Shown here piece after piece: positions 30,556 through 41,612 of a DNA stretch of 64,000 nucleotides. Within the stretch, counting starts at the first letter, position 1; each line of letters opens with the position of its first letter. The notes under the pieces were generated by a model. That model ran no database searches. It was not told the DNA's origin and worked only from the letters and a program-made list of their open reading frames with translations. Position numbers and translations under genes: made by a program. Source of the DNA: Bacillota bacterium (GTDB lineage Bacteria; Bacillota; DTU025); the NCBI GenBank assembly GCA_050951805.1, contig JBMNJT010000002.1, positions 448,001-512,000 on the forward strand, in the 5' to 3' direction.

Positions 30556-30807
30556 CTACTCGAACGATCCGCCCCAATCGTAATCATCGTCTTCTTCGTC
30601 GGTCGTATCTTCCCAGTCGAAATCCCAAGAGTCACTGTCGAAATCTGTGGACTCAGTGTCGTCTTCGTCGTAGTCCCAGGTTTCCGTTTCCTCAAAATCG
30701 TTGTCCAGGATGTCCTCTTCGGGCTCTTCTTTCTTGCCGCAGCCGACGAGCGACAACGACAGCAGGACTACCAGGAACAATGCGAGCAGCCTACTCAGCC
30801 TTTTCAT
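30556..30807 (-). CDS. Small, extremely acidic lipoprotein (83 aa)
   Basis: MKR n-region, hydrophobic h-region, lipobox LVGC; mature part is about half D/E with recurring W/F/Y; AAGGGAAG RBS. Confidence 0.85.
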   Translation of the reverse strand: MKRLSRLLALFLVVLLSLSLVGCGKKEEPEEDILDNDFEETETWDYDEDDTESTDFDSDSWDFDWEDTTDEEDDDYDWGGSFE

Positions 30808-31062
30808 GACAATCTTCCCTTTCCAGACATGTGTAATGAGTCGAAATTAGGAGTAGCCTCCTACTCTATAACTAATAATACTACTATGGACTTATTTGTG
30901 AAGAGCTAAGTTTACATATTACCTAGGGTTTTGTCTGGAAGGTCAGAAAGATGAGCATTTTAGCCGCTAAAAGCAGGATGGCCAGTCTCTGCACCAGAGG
31001 AATTGGATTATAATAAAGCATGGAGTCGCGTGCTTTACAAGGAAAAGTATGGTGTTGGAGAG

Positions 31063-32697
31063 ATGAAAGTGCAAAACGATGAGAAAGAGCTATTGCTGAA
31101 AAACGGACAAATTCTAGCTATTGACGAACCGAACCTCCAGGGCGACGCAATACTCGTTCGCAACGGCAGAATAGCTTACGTTGGCGCGGAAGAAGGGGCA
31201 TTTTCGCGATGCCATGGTAGACCAGAGGTTATTGACCTTGAAGGCCGGGCCGTTGCGCCGGGCTTTGTGGAATCACACATGCATCCGTCCATATTGGCCG
31301 GAATGATGCTCGATGTGGATTGCACATACCCTTCTGTGAAATCTGTGGCCGATATTGTCGATAAGATTGCAGAACGCGTAGATGAGACCCCGAAGGGCGG
31401 ATGGGTTCGTGGGTGGGGATACGACGACAGTAAACTGGAGGAACGCGTGCATCCGACTAGATGGGATCTGGACAAGGTTTCGCCTGACAACCCGGTCTAT
31501 ATAAGGAGGACTTGTGTACACATGGGCGTTGCCAACAGTCTCGCGCTGAGGCTGTCTGGAATAACGGCGGATACGCCTGATCCTGAGGGAGGGCGGATCG
31601 ACCGCGATCCGGCCACTGGTGAACCCACTGGTTTGTTGATGGATCGTGCACAAGATCTGATAGCCATACCGCCGTACACCGATCAGGAAGTGGAACGCGG
31701 ATTCGCACTCGCTCTCGGGCAGTTGCCGAAGTGGGGGATAACAACAGTCCACGACATGCTCGTCGATGCGGACGCGTTCGCAACCTACCAAAGACTAGCT
31801 GAAAGCCATAGCTTGCCTGCTCGGGTCCGCGTGTGGCTTGAAGGCATCACTTTCGGGTCGCGGGATGCGGGGCTTATCCCCTTTGTTTTAGGATCCGGAC
31901 TCAAGAGCGGGTATGGAAACGACATGTTGAAGTTCATGGGCGTAAAATTCATCCTGGATGGCAGCATAGGCGGGTGTTCGGCAGCTGTGGAAGAGGATTA
32001 TGCAGGCCGAAAGGGTGAAAAAGGGGTTCTCTATGTTGAAAGGGATGAGCTTTCACCCCTTGTGACAGAGTGTGTGAAAAATGGCATCAGGGTATCGATC
32101 CATGCAATAGGTGAAAGGGCCATAGAGCTTGCTATATCCTCTTTGGAGGATGCCGCTCGGGAGGTCTCCGTAGAGAGTGTGCGAGCTATGCGAAACAGGA
32201 TAGATCATTGCGTATTGCCTACTCGAGACCACTTGAAGAGGATCCGAGATCTTGGGCTGGTGATCGAGGCGTCCACGTCTTTCATGTATGCTTTGGGCGA
32301 CAGCTGGATATCGAACCTCGGCTACGAGAGGGCATGCCGCACATTCCCTCTAGGGAGCGCTATGGACATAGGCATTCGGGTGGCCGGCAATTCTGATTCG
32401 CCGGTGTGCGATGGCAGTCCTCTTCTGGGGATGTATGCGGCGGTGACAAGGAAGACTTCGAGCGGTATGACACTCGGTAATTCAGAGAAGATGACAGTGG
32501 ATGAAGCTCTCCGTTCGTATACGGCAATAGGTGCCTATGCAGGCTGTGAGGAGAATCTTTGTGGCAGCATCAGCCCTGGCAAGTTTGGCGATTTAGTTGT
32601 CTTGTCGGAAAACCCTAGGTCGGTTCCTCCCGAGCACCTGAAGGATATAGATGTTGAAATGACATTCGTCGGAGGAGTCAAAGTCTTTTCCAAGTAA
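31063..32697 (+). CDS. YtcJ-like amidohydrolase (Amidohydro_3)
   Basis: PGFVESHMH, HMGVANSLAL, KFILDG, IHAIGERA, RIDHC, NSDSP, GSISPGKFGDLVVL. Confidence 0.94.
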   Translation: MKVQNDEKELLLKNGQILAIDEPNLQGDAILVRNGRIAYVGAEEGAFSRCHGRPEVIDLEGRAVAPGFVESHMHPSILAGMMLDVDCTYPSVKSVADIVDKIAERVDETPKGGWVRGWGYDDSKLEERVHPTRWDLDKVSPDNPVYIRRTCVHMGVANSLALRLSGITADTPDPEGGRIDRDPATGEPTGLLMDRAQDLIAIPPYTDQEVERGFALALGQLPKWGITTVHDMLVDADAFATYQRLAESHSLPARVRVWLEGITFGSRDAGLIPFVLGSGLKSGYGNDMLKFMGVKFILDGSIGGCSAAVEEDYAGRKGEKGVLYVERDELSPLVTECVKNGIRVSIHAIGERAIELAISSLEDAAREVSVESVRAMRNRIDHCVLPTRDHLKRIRDLGLVIEASTSFMYALGDSWISNLGYERACRTFPLGSAMDIGIRVAGNSDSPVCDGSPLLGMYAAVTRKTSSGMTLGNSEKMTVDEALRSYTAIGAYAGCEENLCGSISPGKFGDLVVLSENPRSVPPEHLKDIDVEMTFVGGVKVFSK

Positions 32698-33459
32698 TCT
32701 TGCTCCTACCTGAACCGGATCAGTGGAGAGAGCATGCCGGCAGAGGATGGCGTCTGACCCCGCGGGGGCTGCACAGGCCTTGCCCGGGGCGGCGCCAGGT
32801 CCTTGTCACATTGCATGCCTCCGGGCCGTGACACTCACCATGCCTGAAGGAAGGGGATTGTCGGGTGATCAAACCGAAGCCTGTTTCCGGCATAGGAGCA
32901 TGTGCCTGTCCAGGCTGGAAGACCGTTATTGCCTGCTACAGCTTGGAAAATAACCTTCAAAGCCCCAACTTTGTCCTGGCGGGCCCGGTATCCCATTACC
33001 GGCTTTGTTCAGATTGAGTGAGGCCTGTTAGTTGGAGCCCAGTTTCATGCCGCCAGACGACGCAGGATCAGCGCCCATGCGCATGAAAAAGCGCGAAGCC
33101 TGAGAACACTCCTGTTGCTGCAAACCATCGCATATGTGCTATAGCCGGCTGCAAAGGATCTATGTTAAATGCCGACATTTCCTGGACTGATTTGTATGAC
33201 CAGGGCACTGGCGATAAGTCCCGAGCAGGGGGTGGGTGGGGAAAGCATTCGAAGCGCCGCGGTATTATCCTGGCTACAGGAATCATGTTCGCCTTCTTGG
33301 TTTATACACAGGTCCGATATGGTCATGATCAGGAGACAGAAATGCTATAGTTCTATCTGTGGGAAATTGATGAGCCGTATTCCCCCGAGTGCACTCTCTA
33401 CCCACTTGGATGCCTGTGTGTGATGCTTACTATGGCGCGCTGCAAAGGAGCAGATTTCG

Positions 33460-34530
33460 ATGGAGATTTCGAAGATAGGAGAGTTCGGCCTGATATCCCG
33501 GATCGATGATGGATGCGTGAATGATCCGTCCTCAGTAGTTCAGGGAATCGGAGACGATGCGGCTGTCGTGAGGGTTTCCCCCGGATGCATGCTTCTTATA
33601 TGCACTGATATGCTTGTAGAGGATGTCCATTTCATAAGATGCGCTGCTCCCTGGACACATATAGGATACAAGGCTGTGGCTGTAAACCTGAGCGATATTG
33701 CCGCCATGGGCGGCGAGCCTAAGCATTGCGTAGTGTCGATCGCTCTTCCGCCATCGGAGAGGGTGGAGAATGTGGACCGGCTATATGAGGGAATGAAGTG
33801 CCTGCTTGCGAAGGACCGAGTCAATCTCGTCGGGGGCGACATGGTTGAATCCAGCATCCTTGCGATAAGCGTGACCATGGTGGGCCAGGCAGATGAGAAG
33901 AAGATAAAGTACCGCTATGGCGCAAGGCCCGGCGATGTAGTGATGGTCACCGGGGACCTGGGCGCGTCAGCAGCGGGCCTGCATCTTCTCGAGGCCGAGC
34001 TGAAAAGTGGAACATGGACTATCAATTCGGCGCCGGACATGGAAGAGCAGCCTCACCAAGAAGACCCCCGTTCAACTGCTTTGCGCGCTCATTTCCTGCC
34101 GGTTCCGAGGCTGGAAGAATCGAGAACCCTAGTAGGCCTTGGCCCTGGTTGCGTCACGGCTATGATCGATGTCAGTGACGGACTGGCCAGCGAAGTGGGG
34201 CACATATGCGATCGGAGTGGGACCGGTGCCTTGATCTATTCTGATCTCGTGCCAGTATCCGAGTCCGCCAGGATGATTGCGGACGAGGCAGGAATTGATC
34301 CACTCGAGTGGGCTCTTTTTGGAGGCGAGGATTTCGAACTCCTTTTCACCGTCTCCAAGGGTTATGTACGAGATGTAGAAGATGCATTCGAGGCAGCTGG
34401 CCTTTGCCGTGTTACCGCTATCGGCGAAATAACTGAGCCTTCTCTGAGACGGTCCATTGTTATTGCAGGCGGCGAGAGGGTGGACTTGGCCCGGGACGGG
34501 TACGTCCATTTTAGGCAGGCTTTTAGATAA
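33460..34530 (+). CDS. thiL: Thiamine-monophosphate kinase
   Basis: GEFGLI, GIGDDAA, DMLVEDVHF, NLSDIAAMGG, MIDVSDGL, GGEDFELLF. Confidence 0.97.
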   Translation: MEISKIGEFGLISRIDDGCVNDPSSVVQGIGDDAAVVRVSPGCMLLICTDMLVEDVHFIRCAAPWTHIGYKAVAVNLSDIAAMGGEPKHCVVSIALPPSERVENVDRLYEGMKCLLAKDRVNLVGGDMVESSILAISVTMVGQADEKKIKYRYGARPGDVVMVTGDLGASAAGLHLLEAELKSGTWTINSAPDMEEQPHQEDPRSTALRAHFLPVPRLEESRTLVGLGPGCVTAMIDVSDGLASEVGHICDRSGTGALIYSDLVPVSESARMIADEAGIDPLEWALFGGEDFELLFTVSKGYVRDVEDAFEAAGLCRVTAIGEITEPSLRRSIVIAGGERVDLARDGYVHFRQAFR

Positions 34531-34872
34531 ATTTGTCGTGGAGCATTGTACTGAGGTCGGCTTGTCTCGGGGTGTTTTAGACATCATCCGAATCAGCGCA
34601 GATAGGGGAGAGCACGACGCTGAACGAGTCATTGGGCTGTACGAGGATGGCCTCGTGCTATTTTTCTGCCCGGCAGAGCCGAGATGCGTCTGTGAAATGA
34701 CGGAGAAATGGTGCAGCAGGGAATTGGTTCGCCATCAGGCGCAGACTGGCAAACATCGACAAACTGGCTTAAGTGATGATACTATGGGCATGTGATCACG
34801 CGAAGATGCCATTTGGGCGTCTGCGCGGCCAGTGATCCTCTCTCAAGTGCTAGATCGTCGGGGGATAATCAA

Positions 34873-36225
34873 TTGGTTTCAGTTAATGGGGATTCCCCAT
34901 CGATGCCCGAAGGGCAGAAGCGCTCGTCTCGTCTGATTAATCGAACCCTGATGACATTTCTCGTAGCCATGATTTTCGCAAATATTGCATCTGAGATGGG
35001 GCAGCCCCTCATGTCGCTGTATGTGCAGTCGCTTGGCGCCAACGTGCAGCAGGTGGGGCTCTTGTTTACGATTGCATCTGTCGTGCCATTGGCATTTCAG
35101 ATTCTCGGCGGATTTGTGTCAGATTCAATTGGGCGTCTTCAGGCGATTGCAATTGGCAGCGTTGCAGGGATTGTAGGGTATGCGCTTCACGTAGTGGCGC
35201 CAACGTGGCAGTGGATTATCCTGGCGCAGAGCATATCTTCTCTTGCAGGCTGTTTTGTGGCCCCAAGCTTTCGAGCGTTTATCGCCGAGCAATCGTCAGA
35301 GGAGATGCGTGCAAGGTGTTTCGCTCTTACGGACTCGATATACATGATAGTAGGGGTTGTTGGACCGCCTATCGGGGGCATTGTGTCGGAGAAGTACGGG
35401 TACCGCGCGATGTTCGCAACGGCAGGAGTACTTTACGCAGTCGCGACAATCATACGGTTTGCCATGGCCAGATCCGCTCAAAACAGGACAGGTCCTGTGA
35501 TGGAGAGGATGACCTTTCCGAAACTCAAGAAAGACATCGCGTTCATGATGTCGTCTGTATTCGCTGGAGGCATACTCACGTGGCTCTTCATCTCTGATGG
35601 GGTCTTCGATGTGGCCTACAGCACGTCATATAGGTTTGAGCCGCTCTACCTCGGAAACATAGTGGGTCTGAGCAACAGGCAGATCGGACTCTTGAGCTCG
35701 TTGTTCTCTGGGGCGATGATGATATTGTTGCCTTTTGGCGGATGGTTTGCGGACAGATTCGGCGAGCGAGCAGGATTGGTATCCGGGCATGCCTTACACG
35801 CGATAGGGTATCTGATTCTGCTGCTGTTTGCCAGAGAACACTGGCATTTCGCGCTTATCTGGATTCTGTACGGAATCGGGGCTGCGCTGCTCAGCCCCGC
35901 CTACAACTCCTTGATTTCAAAAGTTGTCCCACTCGAACTGCACGGAACCGCATTTGGCTTGTTTTCAACGAGCCTGGGACTGATATCGCTTCCTGCGCCA
36001 TACATAGGAGGCCTCATGTGGGATAACATCGGTCCAAAGGCGCCATTTATCGTCCCCATGGCTGCGAGCGCGATAATGATTCCGGTTCTGTGGAGTAAGC
36101 TTGATCCGGGCAAAGCTGAGGATTGTGGCCGAGGTGGAATTGCGGAGAATGAGGGGGAACTTTCTGATTCTTCAGGTGGAGACGTTTCAGGGGATTCGTC
36201 TACTCCTCAGGACGAACTGAGTTGA
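34873..36225 (+). CDS. MFS transporter
   Basis: 12 hydrophobic segments, GGFVSDSIGR and GWFADRFG motif A copies; start uncertain (TTG 34873 or ATG 34903). Confidence 0.93.
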   Translation: MVSVNGDSPSMPEGQKRSSRLINRTLMTFLVAMIFANIASEMGQPLMSLYVQSLGANVQQVGLLFTIASVVPLAFQILGGFVSDSIGRLQAIAIGSVAGIVGYALHVVAPTWQWIILAQSISSLAGCFVAPSFRAFIAEQSSEEMRARCFALTDSIYMIVGVVGPPIGGIVSEKYGYRAMFATAGVLYAVATIIRFAMARSAQNRTGPVMERMTFPKLKKDIAFMMSSVFAGGILTWLFISDGVFDVAYSTSYRFEPLYLGNIVGLSNRQIGLLSSLFSGAMMILLPFGGWFADRFGERAGLVSGHALHAIGYLILLLFAREHWHFALIWILYGIGAALLSPAYNSLISKVVPLELHGTAFGLFSTSLGLISLPAPYIGGLMWDNIGPKAPFIVPMAASAIMIPVLWSKLDPGKAEDCGRGGIAENEGELSDSSGGDVSGDSSTPQDELS

Positions 36226-36489
36226 TTCCTTTAGGGCAGCAATAGAGGAGTTGCGGGCAGTGTATAGAAAAAGACAAACATGTTGGTGATTTAGGCCGAA
36301 TCATGCCTATTTAAAAAAGGATAATGGCGCGGACCGGGAGAGCAGGAGAGGTCTGTCATGTTGGCGCATACGGCCTGATCGTCGTTTGTTGCCGAAGATG
36401 GCAGGCTTTTTCATTATTATGCTCAAAGTCTGGAAGACGGGACATCGATGGGATGCTGAGATCAATTGTGTAAGGGGTGTATATCCTGA

Positions 36490-37281
36490 GTGGCGGAAGA
36501 GATCAGGTGCCTTTTGGTCGACCTTGACGGGACGATTTACCTTGGGGACAGACTCATTGACGGCGCTTTGCGGTTGAAAGATGTGGCGGAGGAAAAGGGC
36601 ATACAAGTATTCTTTATGACGAACAACTCTTCAAGGTCTGTGAATTTCTACTCGGAAAAGCTGACTAGGCTAGGCTGGCCCGTAGGCACAGATTCGATTC
36701 TCAGCTCGCAGGAGGCAACAGCCTTGGAATTGAGCCGGCGAGGAGTGTCGAGCGTGTATTCGGTGGGCACCGAAAGCCTCAAGGCAGAGTTGGAACGCTA
36801 TGGTATGACAGTTCATGCAGGCTATGATGAATCTGCTGAGTACGTTGTGGTGGGGTTCGATACTACGCTTACATACGAGAAACTAGTGATTGCCGGCAGA
36901 CACATACAACGGGGGGTGCGTGTCATTGCTACGCATCCCGACACTGTGTGCCCGGTAGGAAAAACCGAGTTCATACCGGATTGCGGGTCGATAATCGCTT
37001 GCCTCAAAACCGCCTACGAGCAGATGACGGTGGAGGTCATGGGGAAGCCTGAAGCTGGAATGGTGAAGTTGGTCGAGTCGCGGACCCCGTTCCGGGGCAA
37101 ACAGATAGGGGTTGTTGGCGATAGGCTTTACACAGATATGAAGTTCGCCAAAAACTGGGGCATGCGCTCAGTGCTAGTGCTTTCGGGGGAAACTAGCCGA
37201 GATGACATCACCGAAGAGAACAAGCCCGACATAGTCGTGGACCACGTAGGCGTATTGGCGGACATGCTATTGATGGAATAA
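36490..37281 (+). CDS. HAD-IIA hydrolase (NagD-like)
   Basis: DLDGTIY, TNNSS, ATHPD, GKP, VGDRLYTD, LVLSGET. Confidence 0.95.
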   Translation: MAEEIRCLLVDLDGTIYLGDRLIDGALRLKDVAEEKGIQVFFMTNNSSRSVNFYSEKLTRLGWPVGTDSILSSQEATALELSRRGVSSVYSVGTESLKAELERYGMTVHAGYDESAEYVVVGFDTTLTYEKLVIAGRHIQRGVRVIATHPDTVCPVGKTEFIPDCGSIIACLKTAYEQMTVEVMGKPEAGMVKLVESRTPFRGKQIGVVGDRLYTDMKFAKNWGMRSVLVLSGETSRDDITEENKPDIVVDHVGVLADMLLME

Positions 37282-37294
37282 CCAAAGGGAAGGA

Positions 37295-37324
37295 GGGGCG
37301 GATACGATCCGCCCCCCCGGTTTT
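37295..37324 (+). terminator. Rho-independent terminator
   Basis: GGGGCGGAT-acg-ATCCGCCCC stem followed shortly by TTTT. Confidence 0.7.
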
Positions 37325-37968
37325 CAGTTGCGATTTGCTTTGCGCCATTTACATCCTTCAAAGCTCGTATTCTACCAGGCGTTGCATGTTTACAGGCTCA
37401 AAATCAATCCAGGCAAAGCCGCAAGGCCGGATGCTGCGGTCCCTTCGCAGACGGGACTATGCACATGCTCTGAATCTGCTGTGGTTACCAGATCCCTTGC
37501 GGCCTAATCGGGCGTGTGCTGTCATGTCGGGATGAAATAGGATGCTGGCAACTCGGCGAGCGGGGTTCTTTGTACGAAGAGTGTAATAGCTGTAGGGCCG
37601 CTCCACGGTACCACACCCAAGTAGCGCGAGGTCTGCGATATGCCCCAAGTGAGCCCATCTCCAAAACAAGTGCTTTTCCTGATCTACTATGAGCCAATCA
37701 GAGCCCTTCGTGACATGCTTCAGGGCGTCCTTTACAACGAGTCAACGGTCTCATGGGATGGAGGCAGCGCAAGGATCTTGCCAAGCTAGTATATTATGGA
37801 TACCCGTGCGAACGTTTGAGGGCTTGAGCGATCCATCGGCAGACTGCAACTGACTCTACTTACTGAGAAGGATTTGTACAATGAAAGAAGAAGTGGCAAT
37901 TAATACAGGTTGTACGGTCTTGTTTCGTCGCAGCAAAAAGTCTGGCTTATCGGAGGGGGTGACTATCC

Positions 37969-39381
37969 GTGCGAACCAAAGCCAAAGGGGTGCTGCTTAT
38001 CGTTGTAGTCGTGGCGCTCTGTGCGCCCCGAATTTGCTCAGCCAATATGTACCCTGGTTCTGAATGCCATGGTACGCTTGATTTCAGCGCAGATTTAAAC
38101 AACATAGAGGAGATCATCCGAGAACTCGCTTCTGAAAAGTATATGGGTCGTCTTCCCGGTACCCAAGGGAATTGGGATGCAGTAGAATACGTAGCCGACT
38201 ATTTCCGCCGACTCGGGCTTGTTTGCCCTGAAAGCCTCGATGGTTATCTGCAGCCATATGTCCAGCCGGTCCGGATGTTTCGGCGTGCTCCAGAGCTTCA
38301 GATCGTAGACGCAGTTGGCAATCTGGTATCGAACTTTGATTATGTAGAACAATACGCCCCAGCGCCTATGCAAGGTTGGATGGTATCTAAGGAGGTTGTG
38401 GGGAAAGGAGTTGTCCTCGAGAGACTGAGCCATCTTGATGATATGGAAGACGGGAAGATCCTGCTCATTCCGCTGCCCATATCGGAGAGCGCCGCAGATA
38501 TGCACATTCTATATAATCGCCTCGCATCAGAAGATGAAGATCCGCCGGAATTTGCCGGCATTGTCCTGGAGACAGACATTGCTGAGATCGGTTATTTCCC
38601 CGTATACGGTCTGATATCGCAGGACGTCGAGTTTCAGGACCGTGATGCCCATCTCTCGTCGGGACCTGTGATCTTCAAGTGCGATGTTGACGTCTTCTCG
38701 CGGCTCGTTGAAGCGAGCGGATGTGGGCTGCGCATCAGGATGGACTGGGATTTCGCGGTGGAGGATGTTATTGCCGCTAATGTCGTTGCTGTGCTTTTGG
38801 GGCCTGATGGAGAGGTGGACGAAGACCACGTTATCATCGGTGCCCATATCGACCATATGGGCAGCAACTTCAACGGCACGTATAACCCGGGGGCCATGGA
38901 CAATGCCTCAGGGATGGCGGCTATGATGGAAATAGCCAGGCTGCTTGCGGAAACTGCGCATCGCCCGAGGCGGGCGGTGGTCTTCATTGCCTTCAACGGG
39001 GAGGAAGAGGGGATGTGGGGATCGAGGTATTACTCGAACAACCCGTGCTATCCTCTGGATGAAGCAGTGATGATAAACATCGACAATGTCGGATCGAAAT
39101 ACGATGTTCCCCTAGTCATCGAGGAATACGCCATGATGCTCACTAGTCTTGTCTACCATCTTTATGGCATAGCCCTGCAGCACGGAATCGACTCAGAGAT
39201 GGGAAGCGGTTCAATGTGCGACAACGCCTCGTTTGCGCTTGCCGGCATTGAGGCTGTAAGCCTCATTCACCCTGACTACAGTTACGGCTTCCACGGGCCT
39301 GCTGATACGCCGGACCGTGTTGATGCTAGACGAGTTGCTGAGATCGTCGACATCATACTCAACTATTTATACAGCTACTGA
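37969..39381 (+). CDS. Secreted M28-family metallopeptidase
   Basis: Signal peptide; GRLPGTQG, IGAHIDHMG, GAMDNASG, FNGEEEGMWGS, NIDNVG, FHGPADT. Confidence 0.93.
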   Translation: MRTKAKGVLLIVVVVALCAPRICSANMYPGSECHGTLDFSADLNNIEEIIRELASEKYMGRLPGTQGNWDAVEYVADYFRRLGLVCPESLDGYLQPYVQPVRMFRRAPELQIVDAVGNLVSNFDYVEQYAPAPMQGWMVSKEVVGKGVVLERLSHLDDMEDGKILLIPLPISESAADMHILYNRLASEDEDPPEFAGIVLETDIAEIGYFPVYGLISQDVEFQDRDAHLSSGPVIFKCDVDVFSRLVEASGCGLRIRMDWDFAVEDVIAANVVAVLLGPDGEVDEDHVIIGAHIDHMGSNFNGTYNPGAMDNASGMAAMMEIARLLAETAHRPRRAVVFIAFNGEEEGMWGSRYYSNNPCYPLDEAVMINIDNVGSKYDVPLVIEEYAMMLTSLVYHLYGIALQHGIDSEMGSGSMCDNASFALAGIEAVSLIHPDYSYGFHGPADTPDRVDARRVAEIVDIILNYLYSY

Positions 39382-39574
39382 TTTTGGCAACTTGCTGCTG
39401 CAATGGAGTTCTCTCCAATAGATTTACCCCGACATATGTGGTATGATTTTGGCAATTGTGTTAGTGCCTTGTTCATACTTTGTTATGCAGTAGACGGTGG
39501 CACGCCATAATCGTGTAGGGGAAAACCTTTAAATGGAATAAATAGGAAGGCGGACGTCGAAAGGGTGGAATCGT

Positions 39575-40417
39575 TTGATCGAAGTGAGGGACCTCGTCAA
39601 GCACTACGGAGATGTAAGGGCTGTTGACGGCGTGAATTTCGTCTGTTCTGATGGCCAGATAACAGGATTGCTGGGCCCGAACGGGGCAGGGAAGACGACC
39701 ACGCTTAGGATGATATGTGGGCTGATTCGTCCGACGCGTGGCACTGTTGTCGTTGACGGACATGACGTGATACAGGACCCTGCGTCGGTTCGCAGGGTCT
39801 TAGGAGTGCAAACGGATTCGAGCGGCGTTTACCCGCGACTCACTCCGAGAGAGCATCTCAGGTACTATGGTGCGTTCTACGGAATTGCCGGAGATAGGCT
39901 GGAGCAGAGGATTCAAGAAGTCATTGACGCCTTGGACATGGGAGAATTCGCTGACAGGAGGGCCGAGGGTTTTAGCCGCGGGCAGAGGCAAAAGGTAGTT
40001 CTCGGCCGTGCCCTCGTGCATGACCCCAAAAACATCATCATGGATGAGCCCACCACTGGCCTTGACGTGATGGCTGTGCGGGAGACCCGTAGCATGATTC
40101 GGGCTCTTAGAGACAAGGGCCATTGCGTGCTCTTTACCACTCATTACATGGATGAAGCCGCAAGATTGTGCGACAGGATCGCTGTAATCATCCGCGGCAG
40201 GATAGCCGCGTTCGGCAGCCCGCGCCAACTGATGGAGCAGACAGGCCGGGACTCGCTCGAAGACGCCTTCGTCGAACTTGCCGGGGGCGGCGAAGGGCTG
40301 CTGGTGAGCGGAGATGCGGGAAACGGCGACAACGATGATCAAACGATCGTGGCTAATGGCCTTGACGGATGCACAGAGGATTCTGCTCGGGTCGGTGCTG
40401 CGGTGGACCGGAGGTGA
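39575..40417 (+). CDS. NatA-like ABC exporter ATP-binding protein
   Basis: GPNGAGKTT, FSRGQRQKV, MDEPTTGLD, THYMDEA. Confidence 0.95.
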   Translation: MIEVRDLVKHYGDVRAVDGVNFVCSDGQITGLLGPNGAGKTTTLRMICGLIRPTRGTVVVDGHDVIQDPASVRRVLGVQTDSSGVYPRLTPREHLRYYGAFYGIAGDRLEQRIQEVIDALDMGEFADRRAEGFSRGQRQKVVLGRALVHDPKNIIMDEPTTGLDVMAVRETRSMIRALRDKGHCVLFTTHYMDEAARLCDRIAVIIRGRIAAFGSPRQLMEQTGRDSLEDAFVELAGGGEGLLVSGDAGNGDNDDQTIVANGLDGCTEDSARVGAAVDRR

Positions 40418-40424
40418 GGAGAGC

Positions 40425-41612
40425 ATGTGGACGGATTTTGTGAACATTTGGCGCAAGGAGATGGTTACTACAGTACGTGACCGAAAGGGAATGACCCAGG
40501 CCATACTCGTGCCGCTGATCATTGCGGTCTTCTATGCCAGTTTTACGCCACTGTTGAATAAGGCGATGTTCGAGAGGAGCCAGAAGCCCCTGATTATTCC
40601 GGCAAAAGGGGTTGCGTATGTGGATAGTGGGTTTCTGGACACGATGCGGGAATTCGGCATTACACTCGAGGAGTATGAGGGAGATCTCGAGGCGGTCATA
40701 CGCCGCGGCGACAAGGAATCGGGATTGATATTCGAGCCAGGATTTGCCGAAAATGTAGCTGAAGAGAGGCCTGCCCAGATCAGACTTGTGACAAACGGAA
40801 CGGCAGGCGGCATCTTTGGAGGTGGGTTTTCCGATAGCCGTCTTCAGCTGGCAGTGAGCGTTTTCAACCAGAAGGCGGCTGCACAGCGTGTGGCAGTTCG
40901 GGGGATAGATCCATCAGCTCTTGTGCCGGTGGTTTTGGAGACAGAGGATGTTGCGACTCCGGAGCAGGAGGGGGCGCTTTGGGCCTCTTTCTACCTTCCG
41001 ATACTTGTGGCGGTGGTGTTGGCCCAGGGCGGCTTGTTTGTAGCAATAGATGTGACTGCGGGCGAGAAGGAGAGGGGAACTCTAGATGCTTTGCTTGTCA
41101 CGCCTGCATCTGATTGGGCGATTCTCCTTGGCAAGATGGCGGCGGTTTTTGTTATAGGGCTCATTCCTCTTTTGCTCAGCGTGACGGCATTCTGGGTCGT
41201 AAGCAACATGATGCCGTCTGTGGCCGCTGTATCGCAGCAAGGCTTGCCCGTTTTCGTGCTCTGGGGTTCGTTGCTCATAGGCATCCCTATGGCATTGGTA
41301 ATGAGTGTTGCACAGATGATAGTAAGCGTTCGAGCACGAACCTTCCGTGATGCGCAATCGGCTGCAAGTCCGCTCGTGTTCGCCATGATGATTCCCGGAT
41401 TCGTCGCTGCTTTTGCTCCTCCAAAAGCCCTATGGCCGTGTCTGGTCCCTCTATATGGCCCGTTTGCCGCTCTGAGCAGGATGACGCAAGCCGGCAAATT
41501 GCAGTGGGATTCGCTTGCGCTTGCGACTATTGGCAGCATTGTCTTGGCAGTGATCTTGATGACCGTGGCGGTCAAGCTTTTTGACAGAGAGAGGCTGCTT
41601 TACGGGGCCTAG
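40425..41612 (+). CDS. NatB-like ABC-2 permease
   Basis: KEMVTTVRDR, DVTAGEKERGTLDALL, ARTFRDAQ; ATG 40425 after GAGGAG. Confidence 0.92.
   Translation: MWTDFVNIWRKEMVTTVRDRKGMTQAILVPLIIAVFYASFTPLLNKAMFERSQKPLIIPAKGVAYVDSGFLDTMREFGITLEEYEGDLEAVIRRGDKESGLIFEPGFAENVAEERPAQIRLVTNGTAGGIFGGGFSDSRLQLAVSVFNQKAAAQRVAVRGIDPSALVPVVLETEDVATPEQEGALWASFYLPILVAVVLAQGGLFVAIDVTAGEKERGTLDALLVTPASDWAILLGKMAAVFVIGLIPLLLSVTAFWVVSNMMPSVAAVSQQGLPVFVLWGSLLIGIPMALVMSVAQMIVSVRARTFRDAQSAASPLVFAMMIPGFVAAFAPPKALWPCLVPLYGPFAALSRMTQAGKLQWDSLALATIGSIVLAVILMTVAVKLFDRERLLYGA

Noticed and set aside
29457-30807. Acidic lipoprotein plus nitroreductase as a peptide-modification pair
   Set aside because: They are separated by about 200 bp and a hairpin; the nitroreductase looks like an ordinary NfsA-type enzyme, not an azole dehydrogenase, and there is no YcaO
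32708-32747. ACCTGAACCGGATCA...TGCCGGCAGAGGA resembles the 3' half of a TPP riboswitch upstream of thiL
   Set aside because: The essential 5' half (GGG...CTGAGA...CCC) is absent, there is a 12 nt interruption, and it lies about 700 bp from thiL; an Rfam RF00059 scan would settle it
32723-33423. Several 60-85 aa ORFs between the amidohydrolase and thiL
   Set aside because: Overlapping, inconsistent frames with no motifs; possibly degenerate sequence
37335-37760. Short ORFs on both strands between the HAD and M28 genes (possible pseudogene)
   Set aside because: No recognisable family or RBS; it could be a decayed gene but I cannot support that without a search
39800-40522. 240 aa antisense ORF, and the many other antisense or shadow ORFs in the track
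   Set aside because: They lie opposite well-supported genes and are explained by codon bias
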